Positions 7,050-16,825 of a stretch of 64,000 nt of DNA are shown here, piece after piece. The notes below the pieces were generated by a model that did not search any database, had not been told where the DNA came from, and worked only from the letters and a program-made list of their open reading frames with translations. The position numbers and the translations under genes were made by a program. Positions within the stretch are counted from its first letter, which is position 1. Every line of letters begins with the position of its first letter. Origin of the DNA: a virus (lineage: Duplodnaviria; Caudoviricetes); the IMG/VR virus record IMGVR_UViG_3300017987_005501, one strand, 5' to 3'.

Positions 7050-9770
7050 TTAAGGGTTTTTCCAGGTTAAGTTTGCGGGAGCAATGGATTTTAAGGAGAT
7101 AAAGTTCCGGGTATCGTTAAAATAGCATTGACAACCACTAATTATAGCATTTAATTGTTCTTGGGCAACAGTTATGGGCACCTCTCCTAACCAAAAGGGT
7201 CCTTGAATAGAAGCCGAAGAATGAAAACTTGATATTGGGAAAGTTACATCGTAAGTAACCCCACCAGAAGTAAAAATCTGGGTTCCAGCTATTCCGGAAG
7301 CAAGAATATTAAATTCAGTTCCGGCACAAATAATGGGATGAACTTTTTGAATAAAATTCCCCCAGGCTGCCAAAGTATCCCCTGTTCCCAATTGAACTAT
7401 GCCCCCACTATCAAGGTCTAGATTAATAATATTATTCCCATTAATTACCCACGCAGAATTATTACTATCAATATTCAAACCCGAGGCTAGCCCACCACTT
7501 ATATAATAATTTCGATCCAAAATTCCATTTAGATCATACTTATAAACATCAGAAGCTATAGCGAAACAAAGACCAGATGCGTAATGAGTTAGGTCTAACC
7601 CCTTTAAGGCCCCGGATCCTAGCTCCCAACCAGATGCGACCGTTGGGGAAAAGGAGTCAAGAGTAAAAACTAAATTATTTCCGGACCCTGCTTGGTAGGC
7701 AGCGAATAAAGTCCCAGAAATTGGGTGCTGAGTAATGCCCCTATTAATATAACTATTGCCGAAAAAGAAACTTCCAGAAAGGGTATTCTTAAATCCGGAA
7801 GTTATTGCGCCACTTAAAACTCCCCCACCACTAACTAAAGTTAAGGAGAAAGTTTGAGTAGCAGTTTTATATCTTGCAAGCAATGAATCGTAGGGAGCTT
7901 GAGTATTTCTCAAAGCTGCCCACACAGATGAATTTTTAAATAAATCTGCATATAAATAATCACATAGGTACGTTCCGGTATTAATTCTAGAAAGCAGGCT
8001 ACCGCTTCCTCTATAAATTGAAATGGCAGCAGACCCTAAAGGCGAGTTAGCATTTCGTGCAGCCCATAAGAAATTATCATTTGCAGCAAAAGCATTAATC
8101 CCACCCGAAATAAGATCTAAATCAGTAAACCCAGCAGCCAAGTCATTAAACGAAAATTTCTTGATTAGGGACGAATTTGAGGCAACAATCCACTCAGAGG
8201 CACTTGTTGTATCGTAAATACTTGGTTGGAAAGAATCCATAATGGGAATAGTATTAACAATACTTTTTGATTCAACCCCAACTAAATTATAATTTGATGG
8301 GTTTCCTAAATAAAAATCAACAGTATTAGGATAATCCACCACGGTGTGTGCGCCACTTCCAGATAAGCACCCCAAGATACAAGGCCCAGTGGAACAATCT
8401 GTAATTGCAGAAGTAAGGGCACCCGAGGTATCAAACCCCGAACCTGTAAAGCCTGGCCGATCTGAAAGATCTATATTTTCAGTATATAAAACGCTAATAG
8501 GCTGGTCTAGCCCAATATCAATATCAAAATAATCGTTATAACTAAAATCACGAGGGATAGAAACACTGAAATATGAAGCACCGCTATACCAGCTACTAGA
8601 TGGGTCAGTAGCATCATTGTACCAATAAATCTTTACGATTGATCCTGGATATGGGTCTTCGCTATTACCTCGATTTTCGTTTAACTCTATCTCGTAAAAC
8701 CCATCTTTTTGTTGTAGAGCTACTTTATTTCTATAGGGGTAGTTTGTTATATTTGTAAAGTTAGGCGCCGTCTCGTCTATATGCCAAATGAGTAACCCTT
8801 GTGCCGTGTTGCCTGGGGTAGTTGTTGTTAACCCCGGAGCTAGCCCTGCGTCGTAGCCTATCGCTTGACGATACTCTAATAAGAAATACTCATAAGATTT
8901 AGTCGGGTGAGAAATTTTTACTAAAGTCCCACTTGTAAAAGACTTAGGGTCATAGAGGCGAACATTAAAAGTAGATTCGGATATCTCCGTAATTGGATAC
9001 CATCCTCCCTGCGAGCGCGTAAAAGCACTTGGGTAAGATGGGTTTCTTCCACGGACGACGTCATTAGGGGATAACCCCAAAAATTCGCCACTTCCCATAA
9101 TCCCGAAAAACCCAACACCAAAACTTCCGGATATCACGTTTCTCGGGGAAGCTTCTAGGTAGTCAAAACCTAAAGCTTTCCCAAGTTGTTTTGTCAAGCT
9201 CCCATTTAATCTAAAAGTTTCCTGTTCCACCCCCGGAACTGTAATTGTTCCTAGGGTATAAGTTTTAGGAGGTTTTGCCCAATTTAATAGTCTCCATTTC
9301 TCATCAAAACTTGGGTCTATGTATTTGAATTGATCATAGGATAAAGCAGACGTAAAAATAACATAACCATGGTAACCACTCGGCGCCGATGTTGGATTAT
9401 ACAAGGGGTAACCTTGCGAAATAGCATATCCGGAGACTTCGGAAGATAAATCATATGTGCCCGAAGCATAAGCTTGAATATCGTGTAATGCCGTATAAAC
9501 TGTTGGAATTACGTTTGGAGAAAAGCCCGACCCTACCCCTGTAGATAAATTAAACGAATACGATCCTTTGCTTGCATCTTCCCAAAAATCCGTAGCACTC
9601 TTCATCTTCTCGTAAAGATATGTATTATATCCAGAAGATGTTGCATCCGGAAAAGTTGCCCAAGGAGTGGTTACGTAAGGATCGTGGGCTGGAAAAGGCC
9701 CTGTCCCAAACTTGATATCCTGGAATTGAACTTTTATTCCTAGAAGTTTATATGTTCCTGAGACAAACAT
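7050..9770 (-). CDS. M6 (immune inhibitor A)-like metalloprotease-fold protein lacking Zn ligands, with C-terminal beta-propeller-like region
   Basis: M6-type hallmarks GVGFFGIMGSG, EYFLLEYRQAIGYD, GLLIWHIDE, VALQQKDG, RGNSEDPYPG. The HEFGH position reads KQLGK. Confidence 0.75.
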   Translation of the reverse strand: MFVSGTYKLLGIKVQFQDIKFGTGPFPAHDPYVTTPWATFPDATSSGYNTYLYEKMKSATDFWEDASKGSYSFNLSTGVGSGFSPNVIPTVYTALHDIQAYASGTYDLSSEVSGYAISQGYPLYNPTSAPSGYHGYVIFTSALSYDQFKYIDPSFDEKWRLLNWAKPPKTYTLGTITVPGVEQETFRLNGSLTKQLGKALGFDYLEASPRNVISGSFGVGFFGIMGSGEFLGLSPNDVVRGRNPSYPSAFTRSQGGWYPITEISESTFNVRLYDPKSFTSGTLVKISHPTKSYEYFLLEYRQAIGYDAGLAPGLTTTTPGNTAQGLLIWHIDETAPNFTNITNYPYRNKVALQQKDGFYEIELNENRGNSEDPYPGSIVKIYWYNDATDPSSSWYSGASYFSVSIPRDFSYNDYFDIDIGLDQPISVLYTENIDLSDRPGFTGSGFDTSGALTSAITDCSTGPCILGCLSGSGAHTVVDYPNTVDFYLGNPSNYNLVGVESKSIVNTIPIMDSFQPSIYDTTSASEWIVASNSSLIKKFSFNDLAAGFTDLDLISGGINAFAANDNFLWAARNANSPLGSAAISIYRGSGSLLSRINTGTYLCDYLYADLFKNSSVWAALRNTQAPYDSLLARYKTATQTFSLTLVSGGGVLSGAITSGFKNTLSGSFFFGNSYINRGITQHPISGTLFAAYQAGSGNNLVFTLDSFSPTVASGWELGSGALKGLDLTHYASGLCFAIASDVYKYDLNGILDRNYYISGGLASGLNIDSNNSAWVINGNNIINLDLDSGGIVQLGTGDTLAAWGNFIQKVHPIICAGTEFNILASGIAGTQIFTSGGVTYDVTFPISSFHSSASIQGPFWLGEVPITVAQEQLNAIISGCQCYFNDTRNFISLKSIAPANLTWKNP

Positions 9771-11380
9771 TAGTATTTAGAAGCAAAGATTACTGTAAAC
9801 TTTTCTGATGACGGCCTTAAAATTTCTTGTAAGGTAATTACATCGTTAACCTTGTAAAAATATTTCACATTCTTAATAAACTGGGACTTTTCTTCATTTG
9901 GCAATTTTGCCGAAATAATTAGTGTCCCAAATCTCTTTAGGACTTTCTGTAATTGCCCTAAAAACTTACCCTTATCCTTTAATTTAGTATAGGTATTGAA
10001 TGATAAAATTATATCAAAAGGATCATTAATTGGGAAAAGTACGTTATTATTATTAAAATCGTAAATAATTCCAGAGATATCCTTTGTCGAGTATTGGGTC
10101 TTAAAAGATTGATATTGTTCTTTATCTGGACAAACAACCTCAACTGATCTTGGGTTGCTTTTCTCTAAAAGGCTTAATCCAAAAAGAGAATCTGCATCTG
10201 TTAATAAAATTCTTTTTTGCCTTGTAAATAATTTTGAAAGGTTGTATTGATCGTGGAACAGTTGGGCCTCCTCTAATTCGGTATCAACCCTTTGTTCTAT
10301 TATGGCAACCTCCGACCCAGTTTCTTGATTTAGGGTTTCGGCGGTTGGGGTTTCTTGGCGAATTTTAACTAAATTTCCACTTAAGAGCCCCTTATAAACA
10401 TTCTCCCACTGGTAAACGTAATTATGCATACCATAGTTCTGGTAACAAAAATCAAACGCAGATTTCCCGATCTTTTCCCGAATTCCTTTATGATCAATTA
10501 AATATCTTAATTTCTTTTCCCATTCCTGGGTTGTCTTCGCTAAAAGACCAGTTTCACCATCAACAATTATATCTGCATAAGCACCAAAATTTGTAGCAAG
10601 TGTTGGTATCTGCAGCGCAGCATATTCTAAGAACTTAACGTTACTTTTTGATCTATTTAAGTTATTATCTTCAACTGAGATTATCCCGATATCAAAACAT
10701 AGCTGTGAAAGCTTTAGTTGGTAAAACCCATAATGCCCAGGGTGTATATAAATAATTTTGTCCTTGAATTCAGTTAAGAATTCTGGTGGAGCATAACCGA
10801 AAAAATATAAGTGAACATTATTATATTTTTTCATCATTGCCTTCAATGCGGGAAATATCAACATTAAGTCATAATGATGAGTTGGAGAGCCCGCCCAACC
10901 AATTCGAACATCTTTGTGAATGGATTCTGTCCTACGAGGCCAAGTCTCAAAATCAATACAGTTAGGTAAAACTTCTATGTTTTTATTTAGGTTGCCGAGT
11001 CTCTTTTTTAAGAAAGGAGTTGAAACTGTTACAACGTCTGCATTCCGTAGATAAAACTCGAACCTACTTCTAACCTCAGGGTCTTGGTAATAAGTATAGT
11101 CGGGATGGTTTTTTGGGATACTGAATATATCGTCATCTAGGTCGTAAACTATTTTTATTCCCTGGGTCTTTAGAAATTTCCAATACTCGACTATATTCTC
11201 TTGAATATAGTCTCTTTGGAAAACACAAACAGCAGTGGAAGGATCTATCCTATTACGGGTTTCCAACGCAGTTACATTTACATCGTAACCCAACTTTTGC
11301 AAATATTTTGCTGGCTGGGCAACTCTTAAAACTCCGCAACCCCCTGGGTCCCCCTGATAAAAAATTATCTTATTACGCAT
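9770..11380 (-). CDS. GT-B (GT4-like) glycosyltransferase fused to degenerate class I methyltransferase-like domain
   Basis: GCGVLRVAQP, YDLDDD, IGWAGSPTHHYDL, FDIGI...NRSKSNVKFLEY. C-terminal FDIILSFN...FLGQLQKVLKRFGTLIIS. Confidence 0.85.
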   Translation of the reverse strand: MRNKIIFYQGDPGGCGVLRVAQPAKYLQKLGYDVNVTALETRNRIDPSTAVCVFQRDYIQENIVEYWKFLKTQGIKIVYDLDDDIFSIPKNHPDYTYYQDPEVRSRFEFYLRNADVVTVSTPFLKKRLGNLNKNIEVLPNCIDFETWPRRTESIHKDVRIGWAGSPTHHYDLMLIFPALKAMMKKYNNVHLYFFGYAPPEFLTEFKDKIIYIHPGHYGFYQLKLSQLCFDIGIISVEDNNLNRSKSNVKFLEYAALQIPTLATNFGAYADIIVDGETGLLAKTTQEWEKKLRYLIDHKGIREKIGKSAFDFCYQNYGMHNYVYQWENVYKGLLSGNLVKIRQETPTAETLNQETGSEVAIIEQRVDTELEEAQLFHDQYNLSKLFTRQKRILLTDADSLFGLSLLEKSNPRSVEVVCPDKEQYQSFKTQYSTKDISGIIYDFNNNNVLFPINDPFDIILSFNTYTKLKDKGKFLGQLQKVLKRFGTLIISAKLPNEEKSQFIKNVKYFYKVNDVITLQEILRPSSEKFTVIFASKY

Positions 11381-12134
11381 TTTCTTCTGTTATAAAAGGC
11401 TGGTATAAAGTTTTTCGATCTCTGACAACTTGGCTATTTAAAATTAGTCCTTGCTGTAATAATTCTAATTTCTGCGGCTCTGAGTAAACACTATTAAAAG
11501 GAATATCAGAAATATATTCTAAGCTCTCTGCAATGTCTATAATTTTTATTTTTTCTGGGGTTTGGTTATTTAAGTCGCAAGGGTAACCTAACCCGGCTAA
11601 ACTAATTCTCTCTGTCCACTCTGAATGTTCAAACCCATATTTTCCATAGTTAGCATTAAATCCCCCCACTCGCTCTAAAATCTTTTTAGTGAAAGTAAGG
11701 AAACTTCCCATCATTTGGTTATGGAAAGAAATTTTTACACCCCTGATTGTTTCAACCTTAACTAAATTAATTCCTAGCTGCCCGCCCATAAAACCAAAAT
11801 GGTGGTATGGGGATTTAAACATTGCATTCACGTATTTGCGAACCCAACCAGGCTTATTAAATTTTACATCATCGTTAATTAAAAAACCATAGTCAACATT
11901 TCTTAATAAACTTAAAGCGCGGTTTGAATTTCTTGCAACTCCAACATTTTTTCTTCCTAATATAGAAATTATATCTTTTTGTTGTTTTAACCACTCCGCA
12001 GTCCCGTCTGTGGAAGCATCGTCAGCCACAATAATTTTTGATAATAAAAAAGCATCCGTTTGACGGATGCTGTTAATACATTGTATTAGACAATCTTTTC
12101 TATTGTATGTTATGATCCCTAGCCCGATTTCCAT
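11373..12134 (-). CDS. GT-A (GT2-family) glycosyltransferase
   Basis: GIITYNR, IIVADDASTDGT, NVGVARNSN, FLINDDV, GGFNANYGKYGFEHSEW. Confidence 0.9.
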   Translation of the reverse strand: MEIGLGIITYNRKDCLIQCINSIRQTDAFLLSKIIVADDASTDGTAEWLKQQKDIISILGRKNVGVARNSNRALSLLRNVDYGFLINDDVKFNKPGWVRKYVNAMFKSPYHHFGFMGGQLGINLVKVETIRGVKISFHNQMMGSFLTFTKKILERVGGFNANYGKYGFEHSEWTERISLAGLGYPCDLNNQTPEKIKIIDIAESLEYISDIPFNSVYSEPQKLELLQQGLILNSQVVRDRKTLYQPFITEENA

Positions 12135-12139
12135 AACTA

Positions 12140-12496
12140 TTATCCAATCTTTTCATAAACATAATCCCATGTTCCTGTTTCGTAGTTATATTTATCGACC
12201 TTATATCCTAAAGTAGGGTAGATTTGTTTAGAATCTTCATCCCCAATAAGACGACTAAGAACTGGGTCGGGGTCCTGTTCTCTATAAAAATCCCAAATCT
12301 TTAACCAATCACCTTCGTGAACGAAATGCCTTACTTGGGAAGGGGCAAGAAACATCATCTTTGCTGGATCTGCTACTGGCCTTCCATCCGTGTCTGTTTC
12401 TATAGCACTAAAAAATAGAATTTCACTTACATGATCATATTTTACTGTTGAATCTATATGCAAAAACCGTAAGGAAGACTTAAGATCTATCGTCAT
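12140..12496 (-). CDS. Hypothetical protein
   Basis: 118 aa, TAATG coupled. Confidence 0.7.
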   Translation of the reverse strand: MTIDLKSSLRFLHIDSTVKYDHVSEILFFSAIETDTDGRPVADPAKMMFLAPSQVRHFVHEGDWLKIWDFYREQDPDPVLSRLIGDEDSKQIYPTLGYKVDKYNYETGTWDYVYEKIG

Positions 12497-13077
12497 TAGT
12501 TTAACCCTTTCTCCAGGTCTTGGATAAGATCTACATCTTTTATATTTAATGCACTTAAAATTTTCTTTGCCCTTGTTTCTTCTAAAGCCCAGCTCCTAAA
12601 AGCCGCCGCCTCCCTTTCTGCTTCGGGTTCGGAAGCCCCATAGGTTGCGTGGGCAGCTTCATGGATCATTGTTTCGGCTATATAAATAATAGCGAAAAAC
12701 TTCCAAATATCCCCAGAATACAGTTTCTTTGCTTCCTGCAAAATTCGATTTACATTAATACCAAAGCTGACCCCAAAGACATTATGACCTAACTCCTCTA
12801 GGTCCTTTTCTTTATACTGTAATTTACTCGCCAGTTCCTCTTTTACCTTCATTGAATGTTTAGGGTCATAAACTCCATAGGCACCGCTACCTAAATTATA
12901 TTCTGTTATAATATTTCTAAATAAACTTTTATCGTCAGAATAGTGGGTGCCATCATAATCTAGAGCAAGCTCATGACTTATTTCGGCTTCTCGGAACTTT
13001 GACTTGAGTTCGCTGATGTCGACCCTTCTTCTCGCTCCCAAGGAAGAAGGGTCGACTTGCAAAGCTTCTCTTTTCAT
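12496..13077 (-). CDS. Small zincin (gluzincin-like) metallopeptidase
   Basis: TMIHEAAH (12649-12663) on a hydrophobic helix, followed by a Glu-rich helix SEPEAEREA. Confidence 0.65.
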   Translation of the reverse strand: MKREALQVDPSSLGARRRVDISELKSKFREAEISHELALDYDGTHYSDDKSLFRNIITEYNLGSGAYGVYDPKHSMKVKEELASKLQYKEKDLEELGHNVFGVSFGINVNRILQEAKKLYSGDIWKFFAIIYIAETMIHEAAHATYGASEPEAEREAAAFRSWALEETRAKKILSALNIKDVDLIQDLEKGLN

Positions 13078-15746
13078 TACTCTTCTTCCTCTGTTTCTTC
13101 AGTTTCTCCCATTTTTCCCTCTTCTGGGATACCACCATAAGCTTTCATTAGGGCATCAAAAGCTTTCATTGCACGTTCGTCTGTGCTATGGCTCTTCCCC
13201 TTCTTATAGAGGTCTTCTAAAATCTTAGTAAGCTCTGTTGCGGCACTCATTAGAGGTGGGGCATCAACTTCCCTAATAACTTTAAGATCGTGATGATAGC
13301 CCTTTCCTAACATTTCCTCATAAATAAACCGGAAGATAAACATTGCTAAGGCACCGTGCCGACCAGAAATATTTGCTTTGTCCGATCCCGGCATATTGTA
13401 AGACCCAGTGACGTATTTTTTAATTTCATCTGGGGTTAAATTATGTGCCGCATGGGCATCTCCACCCTCTTCTTTCTTTGCATCCAAAACCTTAGAGAAT
13501 TGGAGAAGGTCTCTATCAAGATCAAACTTATATAAAGTTTTAATCTTTTTAACCGCCCCGGATTCTAATTCTTTTAACTTTGGCTCTCTCGTCTCAACAT
13601 TCATCTTCTTAGCAAGATCCCCACCACAAGAGGCACAATCTAAATCCAACAATGCCTTCATCTCAGACTTACACTCTGGGCAAATATATGTTTGGGTTTT
13701 AGCATCATATAATTTATCTGCCTTTTGTTTGCTTTCTCTAAAACCACAAGAAGAACATTGAATAATATCCCGTGGAGCTTGTCGCATCCCACAGTCTTCA
13801 CATTCCCAGGACTCTGCACTTTTCCCGGCTTCTTCTGCAAAATCACCCTTTTCAGTTTTCTTTAATTTTCTCTTTTGAAACTCGATTTCATAGGAATTGG
13901 GGCGGTCAGAATGCCAAACATTGCTTCCCTCTTTTCTCCAGACTAAATAGTCGCCTAAGTCGTCCTTAAAGATAGCATAGGAAGCAATAGGCATCTTAGT
14001 AATACCAGCCTTTGCGATATTTGGGTGCCCCGAAGTATTAGATATATTAAGATTCCTTAAATTAGGATCATCAATCCGAAGTTGGTGATCCTTTAAGCCT
14101 AGGTTATCTAACATATCTTGGTAATTCGTGACTTCTGTAACAGACTCGGGAATTCCTGTCAGGGGAGTGACCCTTGAGGGTGCCGCAGAAAGGGCATTAA
14201 TGCCACCTAACGGAATAAAGGTTGAATCTTGGGATTCTCGAGGTGCCGCTTGTGGCCCCTGCTTTCTCTTTCCAGGAAGATCTCGTGTTGTTTTTGTTAC
14301 GTGGTGAATGTTTGACAAGTTTTCTACATCATAACGTCCCCCAGTGTTATAAACCAGGCAAGACCTAATAAAGTCTTCGAGATTAACAATGTTAATTACC
14401 TCTTCCTTTTCCCCTCTTTGCATAATAACCAAACCATTAAGGAGGGTTTTAACCCAATCTAATAGAACATTATGGGAAATATTATATTTGGCATTTCCCG
14501 ACTTGGGAAGCTGGAATTGAATATTGGTAAGGGCCCTAAGCTTTTGTAAGGTTTTTGGCCCAGCAGGGGCGATCCCATGCTCTTGAATTACCCGGACAAA
14601 ATGTTGAAGGTAGTTAAATAAATGCTTGTTAATATCAACATATTCTGTTTGATGTTGTTCGTTATAATTCGTTTCTAAATTATTAATTCTTTTTTCTAAA
14701 ACCTTAAAAGCATCAGTCTCGGGTTCTTCGTCGGTCCCCGCATCTAGAAGAAGTTCCTGGTAATCCTCTATCTCTTCCGCCAGTTCGTTTAACTTATGAG
14801 CTGATAATTCCCCACCATGCTTATTTAAGAACGCAATCTCTTTATTTAAGTTTTGGATCATGGGGTCAGTTTCACTGACTCCGGCAGCATCGAATTTAAT
14901 AAGAAGATCGTTCAATTTTCCAGCAATTCTTTTAACCCGAAGATGCTCTAAAGTCTCATGTAATAGATTTTTAATATGGTCTTCTTTTTCTTCATCCTTT
15001 GGTTCTAAATTAACCCCAAGGATGTCTGCTTTTCGCTCAAGGTCCAAACCAGTTCCGTTACTCATAGTAACCTTAACTTCAACCTCACCGGAATCCGTAG
15101 GAACTTTTCCACTAATTACTTGGTGCCCCCCGCTAGAGCTTAATTGGAACATGGGCAATGCTGTAGCATCTAATATTTTAACCAAACCATTTCGGGCTTT
15201 ACTGGATAAGTCGTCTCCAATAATTCCGCTGAGTGTTTCTTTTAGATACTTAGCAAAATCTGTTTTATGTGTTCTATCCAGGAGTCTTTTGACAACTAAT
15301 TTTCTAGCAGATTCGCGTTCCTTATCTGTAACTGGTTCCGAAGGCTCCCTACCTGCTTTCTTTCTTTTGACTCGGACTAGAGCATCAACTTCCCGATTAA
15401 GGGCTTTTTCTAGGGTGGGGTATCTTCTAGCATTTTCCAATAGAGCTAACTCTTGTTGGTTAAACTTTCTAACCTTAATATTTTCCTCAGATATAGACTT
15501 AAAGGGTTCGTTGAGTTGGTGATTTGCTTTTGCGACGGCATCTTGCAAATCTGTCATGAAGGTACCAAGACGAACTGCTTTACCATTTTTCATGATATAA
15601 AGAGGAGCCGATTCAACAGTCCCAATATCGCTTTTGAGGATTTCATGCTCTTCCCCACTATGGCTGGTAAAAGCTGCAGTTTTAATATTTCTGCCAATAG
15701 CCTTTAGCTGTTTAATATATCCCCGATACTTCTTTTTATCCATCAT
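13077..15746 (-). CDS. Large hypothetical charged protein with four CxxC (double Zn ribbon)
   Basis: 889 aa; CEDC, CSSC, CPEC, CASC clustered near 13625-13805; acidic tail ETEETEEEE. Confidence 0.8.
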   Translation of the reverse strand: MMDKKKYRGYIKQLKAIGRNIKTAAFTSHSGEEHEILKSDIGTVESAPLYIMKNGKAVRLGTFMTDLQDAVAKANHQLNEPFKSISEENIKVRKFNQQELALLENARRYPTLEKALNREVDALVRVKRKKAGREPSEPVTDKERESARKLVVKRLLDRTHKTDFAKYLKETLSGIIGDDLSSKARNGLVKILDATALPMFQLSSSGGHQVISGKVPTDSGEVEVKVTMSNGTGLDLERKADILGVNLEPKDEEKEDHIKNLLHETLEHLRVKRIAGKLNDLLIKFDAAGVSETDPMIQNLNKEIAFLNKHGGELSAHKLNELAEEIEDYQELLLDAGTDEEPETDAFKVLEKRINNLETNYNEQHQTEYVDINKHLFNYLQHFVRVIQEHGIAPAGPKTLQKLRALTNIQFQLPKSGNAKYNISHNVLLDWVKTLLNGLVIMQRGEKEEVINIVNLEDFIRSCLVYNTGGRYDVENLSNIHHVTKTTRDLPGKRKQGPQAAPRESQDSTFIPLGGINALSAAPSRVTPLTGIPESVTEVTNYQDMLDNLGLKDHQLRIDDPNLRNLNISNTSGHPNIAKAGITKMPIASYAIFKDDLGDYLVWRKEGSNVWHSDRPNSYEIEFQKRKLKKTEKGDFAEEAGKSAESWECEDCGMRQAPRDIIQCSSCGFRESKQKADKLYDAKTQTYICPECKSEMKALLDLDCASCGGDLAKKMNVETREPKLKELESGAVKKIKTLYKFDLDRDLLQFSKVLDAKKEEGGDAHAAHNLTPDEIKKYVTGSYNMPGSDKANISGRHGALAMFIFRFIYEEMLGKGYHHDLKVIREVDAPPLMSAATELTKILEDLYKKGKSHSTDERAMKAFDALMKAYGGIPEEGKMGETEETEEEE

Positions 15747-16818
15747 TGATTAACTCCCGGTAAATTTTAAGTCTTTTTTCTGCTTGAGTATATGAATTAT
15801 AATTTTCCCTTGCTAAATTATAACCGTTATTTTGGATTTCTTTTCTTAAACTTGCTTTTTTAATTAAGTTTTCTAATGCTTTCTTCCAATCTTTTTTTCC
15901 CGCACAAAGGAACCCCACATTTTTACGTCTTAGGGTCTTTGAATAATTTTCAACATCTGATGCAATTACTGCAGTTTTCAGTGCCATATATTCAATAGAT
16001 TTTAAATTGCTTTTACTTCGATTAAATACATTATCCACTAATGGCGCAACACCAATATCTAAATCTAAAAAATGCAATAACGGCAGATACTTATCAACAT
16101 CCACCCCTTCTATCATGAAAAATCTATCTTTCGGGGCCTTTTTTGCTAGAAAATCTAACGTGTATCCGATATGAAAGAGTTTAGTAGTAGAATATTTCGA
16201 CAAAATCCCCAAAAGAAGATCTTGAATCAAGGCCAGATCATGATGGTGAGTGGGTGACCCTCCCCAACCAATATGAATATAACCATCAGCTTTGCTTTTG
16301 ATAATTTCTTCTCTTGTTAACGCAGACTTTCCGCGTTTTGGATCTACCTTATAAGCTACTCGAAGAGGATTTCCCCCTTGTTCAAGTTTATCAATTATAT
16401 CGAAATTAATCCCATTCTCTAAGACATAAATATTAGGATTATATTTTAAGTATTGATTTTTAAGGTATTCTGTTGAAACTATTAGAGCATCTGCGTTTTT
16501 AATAAACCAAAGCCATTTTTCCTTATTTTCTTGAAACCATTTTGCTGTTGGATTCCAGCTAGGTAAATTAAAATAATCGTCATCCGCTTCATAAATTACT
16601 GGCTTTTTTTTCTCTTTTGCTAATTTCAGCCAAGGCCGTACTTCATCCTTATATTGCTTTTGCATAATTATAAGATCTGCCCAATCTAGGGCTTCTTCGC
16701 TGTAAGCTGTTTGAATTCGGGCAACAACCCCAGGGTATTTATTTAAGGCAAGAGATGGGACAGCAGCTCGATAGTAACCACAACCATCGAACCCTGAAAT
16801 AAAAGTTAAAATATTCAT
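15736..16818 (-). CDS. GT-B (GT4-like) glycosyltransferase
   Basis: GCGYYRAAVP, YEADDDY, IGWGGSPTHHHDL, LDIGVAPLVDNVFNRSKSNLKSIEY; paralog of 9770-11380. Confidence 0.88.
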   Translation of the reverse strand: MNILTFISGFDGCGYYRAAVPSLALNKYPGVVARIQTAYSEEALDWADLIIMQKQYKDEVRPWLKLAKEKKKPVIYEADDDYFNLPSWNPTAKWFQENKEKWLWFIKNADALIVSTEYLKNQYLKYNPNIYVLENGINFDIIDKLEQGGNPLRVAYKVDPKRGKSALTREEIIKSKADGYIHIGWGGSPTHHHDLALIQDLLLGILSKYSTTKLFHIGYTLDFLAKKAPKDRFFMIEGVDVDKYLPLLHFLDLDIGVAPLVDNVFNRSKSNLKSIEYMALKTAVIASDVENYSKTLRRKNVGFLCAGKKDWKKALENLIKKASLRKEIQNNGYNLARENYNSYTQAEKRLKIYRELINDG

Positions 16819-16825
16819 TTGTTAT

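Noticed and set aside
14945-14965. HETLEH in the 889-aa protein as a metalloprotease site
   Set aside because: Spacing is HExxxH rather than HExxH, in a charged helix with no supporting context.
14860-15522. 220-aa plus-strand ORF, and the other plus-strand ORFs in the track (e.g. 5478, 13408, 62326, 63046)
   Set aside because: All lie antisense within long minus-strand genes, have Ser/Leu/Phe-rich shadow composition, and lack motifs.
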